From the NCBI GenBank assembly GCA_951406725.2, contig OX597829.1:56110001-56174000 (forward strand): 64,000 nt of DNA, read 5' to 3'. Below, one piece after another: positions 1-13,499 of this stretch (position 1 is the stretch's first letter; the number at the start of each line of letters is the position of its first letter). The notes below the pieces were generated by a model that searched no databases, had not been told where the DNA came from, and saw only the letters and a list, made by a program, of their open reading frames with translations. The translations under genes and the position numbers were made by a program. This DNA is from Octopus vulgaris. Taxonomy: Eukaryota.

Positions 1-1405
1 ATCAGCTGCAATCAATTTCTCAAATACAGATGATCTAAAACTTTACTGCCTTCTTTTAATTTCTTTCCTTTCAATTTTTTCCTGACTCTGGCCGAAACGT
101 TGGAGTTCCCATTCCACATGGCAATTTCACTGTAAAATTTCTGTCGATTTTTCTGTATATGTATATTTGTGTCTGTATGTATATGCTGTTCTTATCCATA
201 GAGGTGAGGGTAAGAGTCCATTGAAATGAAAAAGAAAAATATTGCTAGTGCTTATGTTACCAGATCCGTAAATTTAGAAGTCAAAAATCGACCTCAATTG
301 CATTTCACTTAAGTAAAGTAAGGTGAAATTAGTATAGAATTTTTAGTATTTTATTATATTGCCATTTTCTCTATCTTTGTTTTGTTTTGTTTTTTTTGTT
401 TTTCTCATTTAAAAAAAGTTCTAAAATCAACACAGAAGTTGAAATTTCATGATAAGTAGGAAAACTTAAAGTTCTGGTGTTTAAGACTGTCGTAGGTGAA
501 CGGGTGGTTGAGATAATCAGCTGACAGGTCAATGATTCAAATCTGAACACTAATACTACATTAGTATCAAAGCCACGCACACTTCAATGATACACTCCTC
601 CGACAGCTTATCTAAAAAACAAGCGACGCTGGGCAGCGCAGCTTATCACTGTTAGAGAAGAAAGCTGATTAATACTTCGCTACCTTGTGTTGTTGGATGT
701 TAGTTTTTCGTGGTAATGTCTGAAACTCATCTGCATTTTCTCCAGTGAGGATAAGATAACGTTTTTCAATAGTTCAACGCCAGGAAACTGGAGTATATTC
801 AAGTTTTATGCGATACGTGGTGATTTAAATAAATCATCCTCTATCGTTGTTTATACAAATTTCTCAGATAAACTAAATGTTAATTATTCACTTCGATTGT
901 GTTAGACATAAAACTAGGAATGGATTGCTTAAACACAAGGACATTTACCGTACGCCAAGAACAAAATGAATTAAGTTACTCAGATTGAGTTTATAGACAC
1001 TGGGGAGAAAAATAACAAAGTGACATAACGTAGAATTTTATGAAATTCAAAACGAAAATGCAGACGAGCGAAAGCAAATACCGTAAAATATTACGTGCGT
1101 TTCTAAAAACTCGTTACATTTATTGGTTTTCAGAATAATAATTTCATAGATAAGTTTCGAGGCCAAATATTTTGGTCCAAAAGAACAACGGATTATATCG
1201 ACACAAGTACTTCAGTAGCATTTTATTGAGCATCCAAAAGAAGGGAGGGAAAAAAGTTAACCATGTGGGTATTGAACTTGGAGCGTAAACAGTTGGAACA
1301 AATTCTGCGAGGAGCGTTTTTCCCGATGTCCTAACAGTTCGTCTAATACACTGACCTAGTGTTTTTGATAATGCTAGGGAATGCTGTTCTATAAAAAAAA
1401 AAAAA

Positions 1406-3428
<2,023 letters not shown>

Positions 3429-3439
3429 TGATGATGATG

Positions 3440-3495
<56 letters not shown>

Positions 3496-3535
3496 AATAA
3501 TAATGATAATAATAATAATAATAATAATGATGATG

Positions 3536-3621
<86 letters not shown>

Positions 3622-3661
3622 AATAATAATGATAATAATAATAATAATAATAATGATGATG

Positions 3662-3737
<76 letters not shown>

Positions 3738-3748
3738 TGATGATGATA

Positions 3749-3911
3749 ACATCAGCCAAAAATACCTTAGGAATGAGAAACCAAGCACCTGATGAAGGCT
3801 GGAGGGTAAATCAGCCGAAACGAGTAACAACAAACAAGATGAGGACACATACTCGTCCAATGTAAATAATGTTTAAAATGCTAAGGAATTCTTAAATATA
3901 TAGAAAAACTG
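3749..3911 (+). mobile_element. Penelope-type terminal repeat with a degenerate hammerhead motif
   Basis: Same family as 49136-49314. CTGATGA (3789-3795), A-GGCTG...CAGCC stem and GAAA (3817-3820) are present, but the GTH cleavage triplet is lost (GAG). Confidence 0.7.
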
Positions 3912-4780
3912 TTATATATTGTTTTGAGATATGATGTCGTGAGATAAAAAAAAATACTTATAAATTTTCTGTTACACATTCACATAGTAAATAGTGCAAA
4001 CTTTCGACTTATTATTTTATTATTATTTATTATTTTACCTGTTTTATAGTAAGAATTTGAATAAGAATACAGAATGTGTGTGTGTGTGTAGACAGACATA
4101 CAAAGGTGTCTATCCATTAATGGATGGATGGATGGATTCCTCATATCAGTGTAGTTCTAAGTCAGAATAAGTGAGGGAAAATTTATCCTATATTTGTGAT
4201 TTTTAAAGCTGAGTTCAGCTGTTAGGCAGAAGAATTGCTAATAAAACTCACAGATTTAATCAATGGAAAATTATCGTATTACCAATTGTTAATCGTAGAT
4301 GAATATCTTCATTAATAATAAAATGAATGTATAGAAGCTGAAGCTAGTGACGAATTTTAGAATTTTGTGTTTAAAATACACGGCAGCATGCTGGAATTAG
4401 AAGGGTGTGTCGTCTGAACAGACACAATAAATGGTTAATCAAGGTTGACACGGAACGGGTTATTTGTATCACAAAATTTAAGTTAAATGAATACAGAAAA
4501 TAGATTAAATCGATAAATGGATATTCATAACATATTGTAAGGTTTACAGAAGTGCAGAACAGAATGCAAGTTTATTTTTCAATTCAAAATTTTGAAATGG
4601 TGAAGTATAGAACAAAATGTTACCAAATTTCTTTTTTATGTTTTATTGAAATTGCTTATTAAATATATATTTTTTCAAAATATCTAAAAAGTAATGTCGA
4701 TGTTGAAATTATAGTTCTAAATGCGTGTAAGAAGTGAATTATTCCAAATAAATATCATGTGTTTTTTCTCTGTTTTCCAG

Positions 4781-4980
4781 CGTTGTTATATGCAACAATC
4801 TTCAGTAATGTGACGACAATATTTCAACAGTTCTACGCTAATTCAGCAAGATATCATGAGATGCTTAACAGCGTCAGGGAATTCATGAAAATACATGACA
4901 TACCCGAAGGCCTTAGCGAGAGAGTTATGGATTACATAGTTTCATCATGGGCCATCAGCAAGGGGATTGATGCAAATAAG
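4781..4980 (+). CDS. eag: Eag-family voltage-gated K+ channel, internal exon (S6 and start of C-linker)
   Basis: Acceptor ttttccag at 4773-4780 and donor AAG|gtatag at 4981. Translates (A)[66 protein letters not shown], which matches the KCNH1/Eag S6-C-linker. The 200-nt exon starts in phase 1 and ends in phase 0. Confidence 0.96.
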
Positions 4981-5242
4981 GTATAGTATAAATCTTATGG
5001 GTTCACTTTTTAAACAAATTTTTCTTTGTTACGAAAAGTTTTCTATTATTTTAAAACCGGAAAAATAACGAAAATAAAAGAGTTTTATATAAACCTTTTA
5101 TTCATGTAGTCACAGATTCTACATTTACGGTGATGGTTTATCTAACAACTTCATATAAATATTTATCCACGAAGGTTACATAATCCAAACTTTGAAGTAA
5201 CTATCTACCGATTTGTTGGAAAAATCACGCACAAACGCACAG

Positions 5243-5343
<101 letters not shown>

Positions 5344-5388
5344 CTAGTAGCTCTGCGTCGGCAAGACTTGATAAAATATTTTAAAAAA

Positions 5389-5635
5389 TGAACTTTCCTT
5401 GAGGAGTGGAATATCCAACGTTTCGGATTCAATCCTTCGTCAGGGGGCAGAAAAAAAACGAGAAGAAAAAGAGAAAAAGTCAAACAGGGTTTACATCTTC
5501 TCACTTGCAGTCAGGTTTTCATGCTGAGAGGATGTATACTTTTTCCTCTTTTTCTTCTCTTTTCCTCTGCCCCCTGACGAAGGATTGAATCCGGAATCGG
5601 AAACGTTAGATATTCCACTCCTCAAGGCAAGTTCA
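5389..5635. mobile_element. Head-to-head inverted PLE-like terminal repeats, each arm with a hammerhead motif
   Basis: Arms of about 90 bp are reverse complements (tgaactttccttgaggagtggaatat.../...atattccactcctcaaggcaagttca). The minus arm reads CTGACGA-AGGATTGAATCC-GAAA-CGTT. The plus arm has the same motif with a 6-nt insertion. Confidence 0.75.
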
Positions 5636-5674
5636 ATTTACCCTTTTCACTTATATATGTGTGTGTGTGTATGT

Positions 5675-5721
<47 letters not shown>

Positions 5722-6039
5722 TATTATGTATGTATGTATGTATATATGTATATTTGTGTGTGTGTGTGTATTATTTTGACAAATGAACACACCTTGAGGA
5801 TTTGTTTAAGAACTGAGAGCTAAGTGTATACAAATTTTCAAATACACCATGAAACTCAAAGTACCTGAATCCTTTTGAAGTGTTGTTTACATGTTCTACA
5901 ACATATTCAGCACTCTTTTCGTCCTTTTTGTGAACGAAAAATGAGATTTTATGCATGTATGTGTGTACGTATGAAGGTATGTGTGTGTATATGTGTGTGT
6001 GCGTGATTTGACATTAAATTTGAAACAAATAGTCGTATC

Positions 6040-6497
6040 ACATCAACCTTCTCCGGGAAATGTAAAGACTAATTCTCACATAACCATTAAGGTACATTAC
6101 TAAAGACTGTACAATCCTTTGAACACCTTTGAAATTATGTTAATACTTGCGGAAATTCAGATACTGAGATACCTTTGCACAAACAACAGGAATCCATAAT
6201 TTAGCCACAGCGCCAAATAAAAACTGAGACAAAAGTTATGGTCTATACTTTTGTCCTCTCATCTCTTCTGTATTCCTCAGAAACCTGGAAAACTTAAGTT
6301 TGCCATATCCAAACACTTGAACGCATCCATCGAAATGTCTGAGACACATCTTAAGCATAAGCGGGAAATTAAACACACGTAATACTGACATTCTTAGCCA
6401 AACAGGAAGTTCTTTCTACTGAATAACTTCTCAATAGCAACCAATTGCGATGGGCAGGACACGTCATCCGTATGGATGCTAAACTTATTCCCAAACA
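6040..6497 (+). mobile_element. Degenerate RTE-like LINE fragment
   Basis: Frame-shifted remnants read LLYSSETW, LRHIL and QLRWAGHVIRM. Confidence 0.55.
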
Positions 6498-6799
6498 TAT
6501 ATGTATGTACTTTGTATGTATATATGTGTGTATATATGTATGTGTGTATGCATTTATGTATGTGTGTATGTATGAATGTGTGTTTGTATATGTATGTATG
6601 TATGTATGTATGTCATAATTCAGTTTATTTCAAGATGTCTTGTCAATAGAGAAAGAACCGGTTCCTAACCTAGATCCAAGGTTCCTTCATTGGAATTTCA
6701 ACATCAAACACAGGATATTTTTGTATGTATGTATGTAGGTATGTAGGTATGTATGTATGTATGTATGTATGTATGTATGTATGTATGTATGTATGCATG

Positions 6800-7274
6800 C
6801 ATGCATATATACGTGCAGATTTGTATGCTTTGTTTTAAATATGTCTTATTCTTCATATATTTGCATATCTAGACATACTCATGTATATTTAAATGATAAA
6901 CTTCTGGAAAGTTCTACAGATTTTTACAGTTCCAGTGATGGATTGGATCTTTAGTCTTCGAATTAGCTTTCTCTGGTTTTGAGAAGCCTAATTTCTCAAG
7001 ATTGGTATTTAGGCAGTGTGTTACATATCTCAGTGCCCCAATAATTGCAGGTATAAACTTGAACTTATAATCTGGATTGAGTAACTGCAGATTTCTCAAT
7101 AGTTCAGTATAGGTGTTCTCTTTTTCACTAATCTTCAGCTTTATGTTAACATCCGTTGGGCAGATAATTTCAACAGCAGTACACAGTTTCTCTTCTCTAT
7201 CCCAAATCATTATATCAGGTCTGTTGTGCTTACATTTTATTGAGATCTTCACTGGTACATTCTACAAGTATTCC
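6800..7274 (-). mobile_element. REL-endonuclease (R4/Dong-like) non-LTR retrotransposon 3' fragment
   Basis: ORF 6914-7252 has NRPDI...VEIICP...EKENTY...PAIIGAL, the PD-(D/E)XK REL pattern. It runs into a (CATA)n tract. Confidence 0.8.
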
Positions 7275-8362
7275 TTTAATTCTGTTGGGGTTGTCCTCCG
7301 AGATCGAAACGAAGTTTTTATTGTTATGATTGTTGTTACTATTATTATTAGCGCTAATAATAATAGTAACAACAATCATAACAATAAAAACTTCGTTTCG
7401 ATCTCGGAGGACAACCCCAACAGAATTAAATTTTTGTCTAGTAATTCTAAGATTAAGAATTCTATTTACCAGTGTAGAATTTCTTCCGGTACCGATGTCT
7501 TCTTCTATATAGGAGCGTCCACTTCCCAGTTATCCAAGAGAATTTCAAACCACTATTCAACATTCAGGGATAGTAAAAAACGACATAGTACAGGGCTAAG
7601 TAAATTAGTTTGGCGTCTTAAAGACAACAATATAATTTTCAAGTTAGATTGGTTCATACTGTCTGTATCCTTTCCTTTTGATAAGGGCAGATTTTGTAAC
7701 ATTTGTAATTCTGAACTATTCCATATTCTTTTCTCTAAGGTTCCCCTAGTAAACACACTCATAGAAAAATCATACAAATGTAAACACTGGCAGAAACACA
7801 CTTTCTACTCATATAAATGGTAACGATAGTCACTGTGGTTTGAACAATTAGCTTTACGTCCACCCCACTATTATAGAGAAATTCTTTCCTAAGCCTTCGA
7901 ACATTCTTTCAATCAACGTACCCTTCCCTCTCCACTTGTTCCCTACCTATTATTTCTTTATCCCTTCTCTTCCTACTATCTAACGGTTTTTTAAAAAAGC
8001 ACTCATTATCGCTTTGTTTACCATGGAGGCAATCATCGAAATTTTTGTTTGTCTTGTTGTCGAGAGAGGCTCCCTTTGTTTCCTGATGAGAAGATTGCAT
8101 AATGCATCCTTTATTCCTTTGGAATGAAAACATGCTGTCTTCGAAACATATGTCGAGAGTAAAGGAATTTTGTTAACATCTTCGTTCGACTCCTTTCTAT
8201 CATTTATTCATACACAACACACACATTTCTGCACATGAACCCGGAGTTTCTACCCTTGACAGGTCGCTTCAGCCGTGTTTCTGACGTGAATTTGCTACCC
8301 AGGTTTCGGTTAAACGAATTTTCCATGCTGATGATAAACATAGGATAATTCATTCACCTACT

Positions 8363-8365
<3 letters not shown>
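7275..8365 (+). mobile_element. 5'-truncated Penelope-like element (GIY-YIG endonuclease C-terminus, 3' repeat with hammerhead)
   Basis: SIYQC...FFYIGAST...KRISNHYSTF...LSKLVWRLKD...CNICNSE...LVN...KCKH up to the stop at 7823, resembling Naiad-type PLE endonucleases. A perfect palindrome sits at the 5' end and a hammerhead lies downstream. Confidence 0.82.
8073..8165 (+). ncRNA. Type-I minimal hammerhead ribozyme with an intact core
   Basis: CTGATGA 8083-8089; stem II GAAGA.../...TCTTC; GAAA 8143-8146; stem III AC-ATAT-GT (palindrome ACATATGT); GTC triplet 8152-8154; stem I CCTTTGTTTC/GAGAGTAAAGG. Confidence 0.8.
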
Positions 8366-8405
<40 letters not shown>

Positions 8406-8521
8406 TACATATATATACGTGTGTGTGTACATTTAAACACATAAGAGGTGACGATCATAGGACACCTAGCACGCTAGAAGGAGTAGCCAAAATCCAAACC
8501 ACTATTCGGGATAAATTTCGA

Positions 8522-8871
8522 AGGGAATGAAAAATAAAAACATTTACCATCTGTCTCCTGGACCATGGTTTCGAGCTCTAAATTAGCAAATAAAATAATT
8601 TGCTTGGCGGAACTTTCTTCAACAGATACGCCAAGATTAACATATAAATACGAGGCAATACAGTTTATTTGCCGCCGATAAAAAATTGCGCTTGCGCGGT
8701 GGATTTGAAAAGTTGTAACATGTAAGCACGAAACATATACTGTATTGCCTCGTAGTTATATGTTAATCTTGGCGTACCTGTTGAAGACAGCAAATTATTT
8801 TATTTGCTAATTTAGAGCTTGAAATCAAGATCCAGAAGATAGATGGTAATTGTTTTTATTTTTCATTCCCT
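8522..8871. mobile_element. Foldback/MITE-like element with ~140-bp imperfect inverted arms
   Basis: agggaatgaaaaataaaaaca...acgaggcaatacagt pairs with actgtattgcctcgt...tgtttttatttttcattccct. Confidence 0.75.
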
Positions 8872-9611
8872 AAAATTTTTTCTTACCTTGAGGTCCTGGT
8901 AGGATATAGAGGTTGGACATTTCCAGAGAAGTTCTGGGCTACCAACACTGTCGGAATCCAGACTAATACCAAAACCCTTTAGGTGTCGAAAGATCATTGA
9001 ATGTTTCGTTAAGAAAAATTAAAACTAAAAAAAAAATTCCCAGTTTCGTAATCTCTGTACTTTTCTACGTAGATTTTTTTTTAAATTTCGAAAACAAGTT
9101 AAAAATTAAGAAATTGGGGTGGGGAGGGTGGAAATTAGAATTTTGAAAAAAGGATTTGGGGGCAAAATCGTATTTTCCTATATCGAAAATATAGAAATCC
9201 GAAGAAAGGTAAGCGGAAGTGGGTGGTATGGAAAATATGCCAATAATTATGCAAAAAAAGCATGTTTTTTGTTCATTATCCGTTGACAAATAGGGTTTTG
9301 TGCATCACAAATGCACTCATGACACTTCTACATTGTTCTGTCTTATTGCCACAAAAAAAACATTGAAATTGGCAACGTAAATTAGAAGTAAATCCAAATA
9401 TTGCCCGAAAATGATCTCAAAACTGTGCGACCCGCCCTCGGTTCCAGGTTATTTTTGTAGTAAAAAACAAGTTGTTGCGTAAAAAATACTTTATTTGGTA
9501 GCTGAAAGATGATTGAATCTTTTGATACCTCATACGCCAAAATCGGCAACTCAGTTTTCGAATTTATAAGCAACATACGCACCACGCACACACACACAAA
9601 TTCTTTTTTAT

Positions 9612-9669
<58 letters not shown>

Positions 9670-10687
9670 TTGTATGTAACTATGTAACTATGTATGTATG
9701 TATGCATGAATCTGTATGTGTGTGCGTTTGTGCATTTTGATATGTATACGTTAATGGTATCTGACGTTAGAATCAGCGCTCAGTGATGGGGAGGGTGTAT
9801 AAAATGAGTCATTTTCTCATACAAATTACAGCTAGAACCCTATAAATATACCCTGCGTTTCTCGGTCTTCAAGCAAAGATATGGTTGCATGTCAAAATAC
9901 TGGACGGAGGCGCTGATTCATATATGACGAGATGATGAGATGTTGAATTTTAGTCTTGCTCCTATTGAAAACATGGCCATTTTTTCTGTGTTCTATTTTT
10001 TTCTTTTTTTCGCTTGCCTAGATTGCAAGCACCATTAACGATAACATTAGAACAACACGCAGAGCAAGACTGCAATTGATAATTACAAAACAGCACACAA
10101 TATAAATATACATACAAACATACACACACATATGCATACACACACACATACACTCATGCGCGCGCAATTTATAGCTGCAACATTTGAGGTACATACATAA
10201 TTAATAATTGCAGAGAAATGCATTAGCAATATGCAGCTGCAATATATTCCAACTCAGATGTGTTATGCGATACACGCACTATTTAACGATTTGCTAGTTG
10301 CGAATAACATATAATATAGACGTAGTACCACTCCTTGAGACATAATAACAATAGAGAAGGATATGCAAACCTACGTAGTAACATTACAAAGAGGTCTTAT
10401 CAGCTGACTCAGTTTTCAATGTTTTAACAACAATGAATTTTGAATAAACTTTGCCCTAAAATTGTAGACTTGGTCTGCATGCGAATTGAATACAAACTTT
10501 AATAACGTTGCAATTCACCTAAGTGGAAATAAGATAATAAATCTTATTAAAATACATTTCGCTTTGGGCTATTAACTGGCTCCCTGTCGGTTGCGGCGAC
10601 GAGTGTTCCAGTTAATCCAATCAATGGAACAGCCTGCTCGTAAAATTAACTTGCAAGTGGCTGAGCATTCCACACACACACGTACCC

Positions 10688-12050
10688 GAATCTGCTCTTT
10701 ATGTAGAGTGGTTCTCCGTCTTAATGTCATACTCGTCTGTCCTATATAGTGATGTCCACAACCCGAGCAGGTTATTACATAAATTAGGTACTCAGAGGCA
10801 CAAGTGACGTTGGTTTTAATTGTGAACCTCTCTCGTTTGAAAAAGAAATCCAAGCCTTCAAGTAGGTTGGGGCATGTTCCACAGTTTGGGCATCCACATT
10901 TTTAACCGTTGGTTTCACGGTTGTTGTGTAAAGCTTCGCATTTGTTAGAAGTCTCTTTAGCGATTTGTGTTGTTTTTTGCATGTGACGATTTTATGCGCT
11001 TTCAGGATGTTGTTCATTTTTGGGTCTCTAGTTAGTAAAGGGAGATTTTGCACAATAGTGTTGTATGCCTCATTGTTTCTAGATTTATAGGGTGATTATA
11101 CAGTAATGTTTTGAGATGAAATGTGGTGCTATGTTTTGTTGTCCTCAGTTTTTTTATGTCTAATTTCTTGACACGCTTAATTACCTCGTCTGTAAGTGAG
11201 GGTGGATATTGTCTTTAAGTGTTTTGAGGTCTTGAAGACGAAGGTCCCGAGTAGTTCTATCAGACACTATTGTGCAAATCCTTTTTGCCAAATTAAAAAA
11301 TTAAAGGGGATATTTATTTTGATGTGTTTCGGGTGGCATGAGCTAAAGAGGAGATATTATTTCGAGTCCATTGGTTTATGATAGATGTCAGTTATAATTT
11401 TGCTGTTGACTTTTATTTATCATAATATCCAAAAATGGGAGCTGTTCTTTGTTATATTCCATTGTGAATTGTTACTATTTATATCATTTAGTGTTGATTT
11501 GAAGTTCAAAAGTTTGTCAATAGTCTCTTTCCAAATGATAAAACAGTCATCCAAGTATCTTTTCCAGCTTTCTCTTATGTAATGGTGAAATGGATAACCA
11601 TATTTTTGAAGTGACATTTCATATATGGTGAATTCAAAATAACTCATTATCAGGTTCGCAAGAACAGGGACTGCTTTCGTTCCCATCGCAATTCCGCATT
11701 TTTTACGATAGTATGCGTCATCAAATAGGAAATAATTGTTCTGAAGTATAAATTTTAAAGATTTAATAATAAAGATCTGATTTATGCATTCCGGCAATTT
11801 GCTTCCAACCAGAATTTGATTGCTTTTTATTCCATAGTCATGTGGGATGTTGGTGTAAAGATTAATAACATGGAAAGAAACCAATATTGCATCTTCATTA
11901 ATTGTTTTTGGTAGGTGCTCCAGCATGTCTAAATTGTCTCTAATGAAACTTTTGATGTATTTCAGCAAAGGTTTCAGTAGTGTATCTAGAAAATTGCTTA
12001 GGAGGGGGGGGGGGGGGTTCACAGGCTGGACCAACTATAATAGGTCTTAA
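10688..12050 (-). mobile_element. Penelope-like element (Neptune-type) RT and GIY-YIG, frame-shifted pseudogene
   Basis: RT motifs LVSFHVINLYTNIPH, GIAMGTKAVPVLANL and WKRYLDDCFIIW. Endonuclease LIYVITCSGCGHHYIGQT...RRRTTLH. Confidence 0.9.
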
Positions 12051-12052
12051 AG

Positions 12053-12566
12053 TTAGTGAGTGTGTCAGTGAACGAATGAGTATGTGAGTGAGTGAGTGAG
12101 TGAGAGAGTGAGTGAGTGAGTGAGTGAGTGAGTGAGTGAGAGAGTGAGTGAGTGAGTGAGAGAGTGAGTGAGTGAGTGAGTGAGTGAGTGAGTAAGTGAG
12201 TGAGTGAGTGAGTGAGAGAGTGAGTGAGTGAGTGAGTGAGTGAGTGAGTGAGTGAGAGAGTGAGTGAGAGAGTGAGTGAGTGAGTGAGTGAGTGAGAGAG
12301 TGAGTGAGTGAGTGAGAGAGCGAGTGAGTGAGTGAGTGAGTGAGTGAGTGAGTGAGTGAATGAGTGAGTGAGTGAGTGTGTGAGTGAGTGAGTGAGTGAG
12401 TGAGTGAGTGAGTGAGTGAGAGAGTGAGTGAGTGAATGAGTGAGTGAGTGAGTGAGTGAGTGAGAGAGTGAGTGAGTGAATGAGAGAGTGAGTGAGAGAG
12501 TGAGTGAGTGAGTGAGTGAGAGAGTGAGTGAGTGAGTGAGTGAGTGAGTGAGTGAGTGAGTGAGTG
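12053..12566. repeat. (GAGT)n microsatellite
   Basis: Seen directly. Confidence 0.97.
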
Positions 12567-12774
12567 TGCTTTGTTGTTTCATAGCTTTAATGTCATAGTG
12601 CGCAAAGTTTGTGGGTGTATATGAGCTTGTGTTCGTGATCGTGTGGGCGTGCTCTCATACGATCCATCTTGTCACTTCGTATTTCCATTTGAAAACAATG
12701 AAAGGCAGTGACACGTGTATGTCTGTGTGTGCATCAAGAGGAGTTATAATGACTTGGAAGTTTATAGCCTTTGT

Positions 12775-12808
12775 CTGACGAGTACTAGCAGACCGAAACT
12801 TCGAAGTC
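12775..12808 (+). ncRNA. Degenerate hammerhead motif in a probable inverted PLE terminal repeat upstream of the minus-strand PLE ORF
   Basis: CTGACGA...GAAAC-TTCGAA-GTC with palindromic stem III (ACTTCGAAGT). Stem I cannot form. Confidence 0.5.
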
Positions 12809-12961
12809 CCTGTTACTCTTCTTTTTGTTAAGTTTTAATAAATGTACTGTACTGAAAGTATTGAGTACTTCTTCAGTTTAATGTTGAAATACTTCTTTTT
12901 AAGTTTACATAAAGTATTTAACAGCGTATATATACATTATTAGAAAATGATGTATACATGT

Positions 12962-13101
12962 GCAGGTGTGGGTGTGTGGTAAGAAGGGTTTAGTACCATT
13001 GCGTGGCACTTTCGGCAAGTGTTTCTACTATGGTCTCAGACCGATCAAAACCTTGTGAATCGGTTGGATTTGGTAGACGGAAACTGAAAGAAATCTGTCT
13101 C

Positions 13102-13139
<38 letters not shown>

Positions 13140-13155
13140 GTATGTTTGTGTGTGT

Positions 13156-13200
<45 letters not shown>

Positions 13201-13370
13201 TTTCTGTCTGTGTCTGTCTCCACCACCGCTTTACAACTTAGCGTTTCGGCAAAAGACACCGATAGATTAAGTACGATGCTTTAAAAAAATAAGCACTGCA
13301 ATCGATTTGTTTGACTAAACTTCTTCAGGGCGGTGCTCCAGCATGGCCGCAGTCAAATGACTGAAACAAG
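12962..13370 (+). mobile_element. tRNA-derived CORE-like SINE (family A); partial + copies also at about 34240-34590, 39455-39610 and 62810-63105
   Basis: Recurrent blocks gtggcacc/tt..ggcaagtgt, gatttggtagacggaaactgaaag, an internal TA/TG microsatellite and gcggtgctccagcatggcc...atgactgaaacaag. Confidence 0.8.
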
Positions 13371-13499
13371 CATAAGATACGCACATATAGTCACTGGAAC
13401 ATATGCATTCATATGTGTATGAATCCGTAGATACACACATACATATGTGCGTACAAATGCAGATTCTCAAACATACGTGTGTGTGTGTGTGTAATATAA

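Noticed and set aside
7113-7823. 236-aa ORF as an intact host gene
   Set aside because: It is chimeric: antisense LINE sequence, then the palindrome, then a PLE endonuclease remnant, and it starts at GTG.
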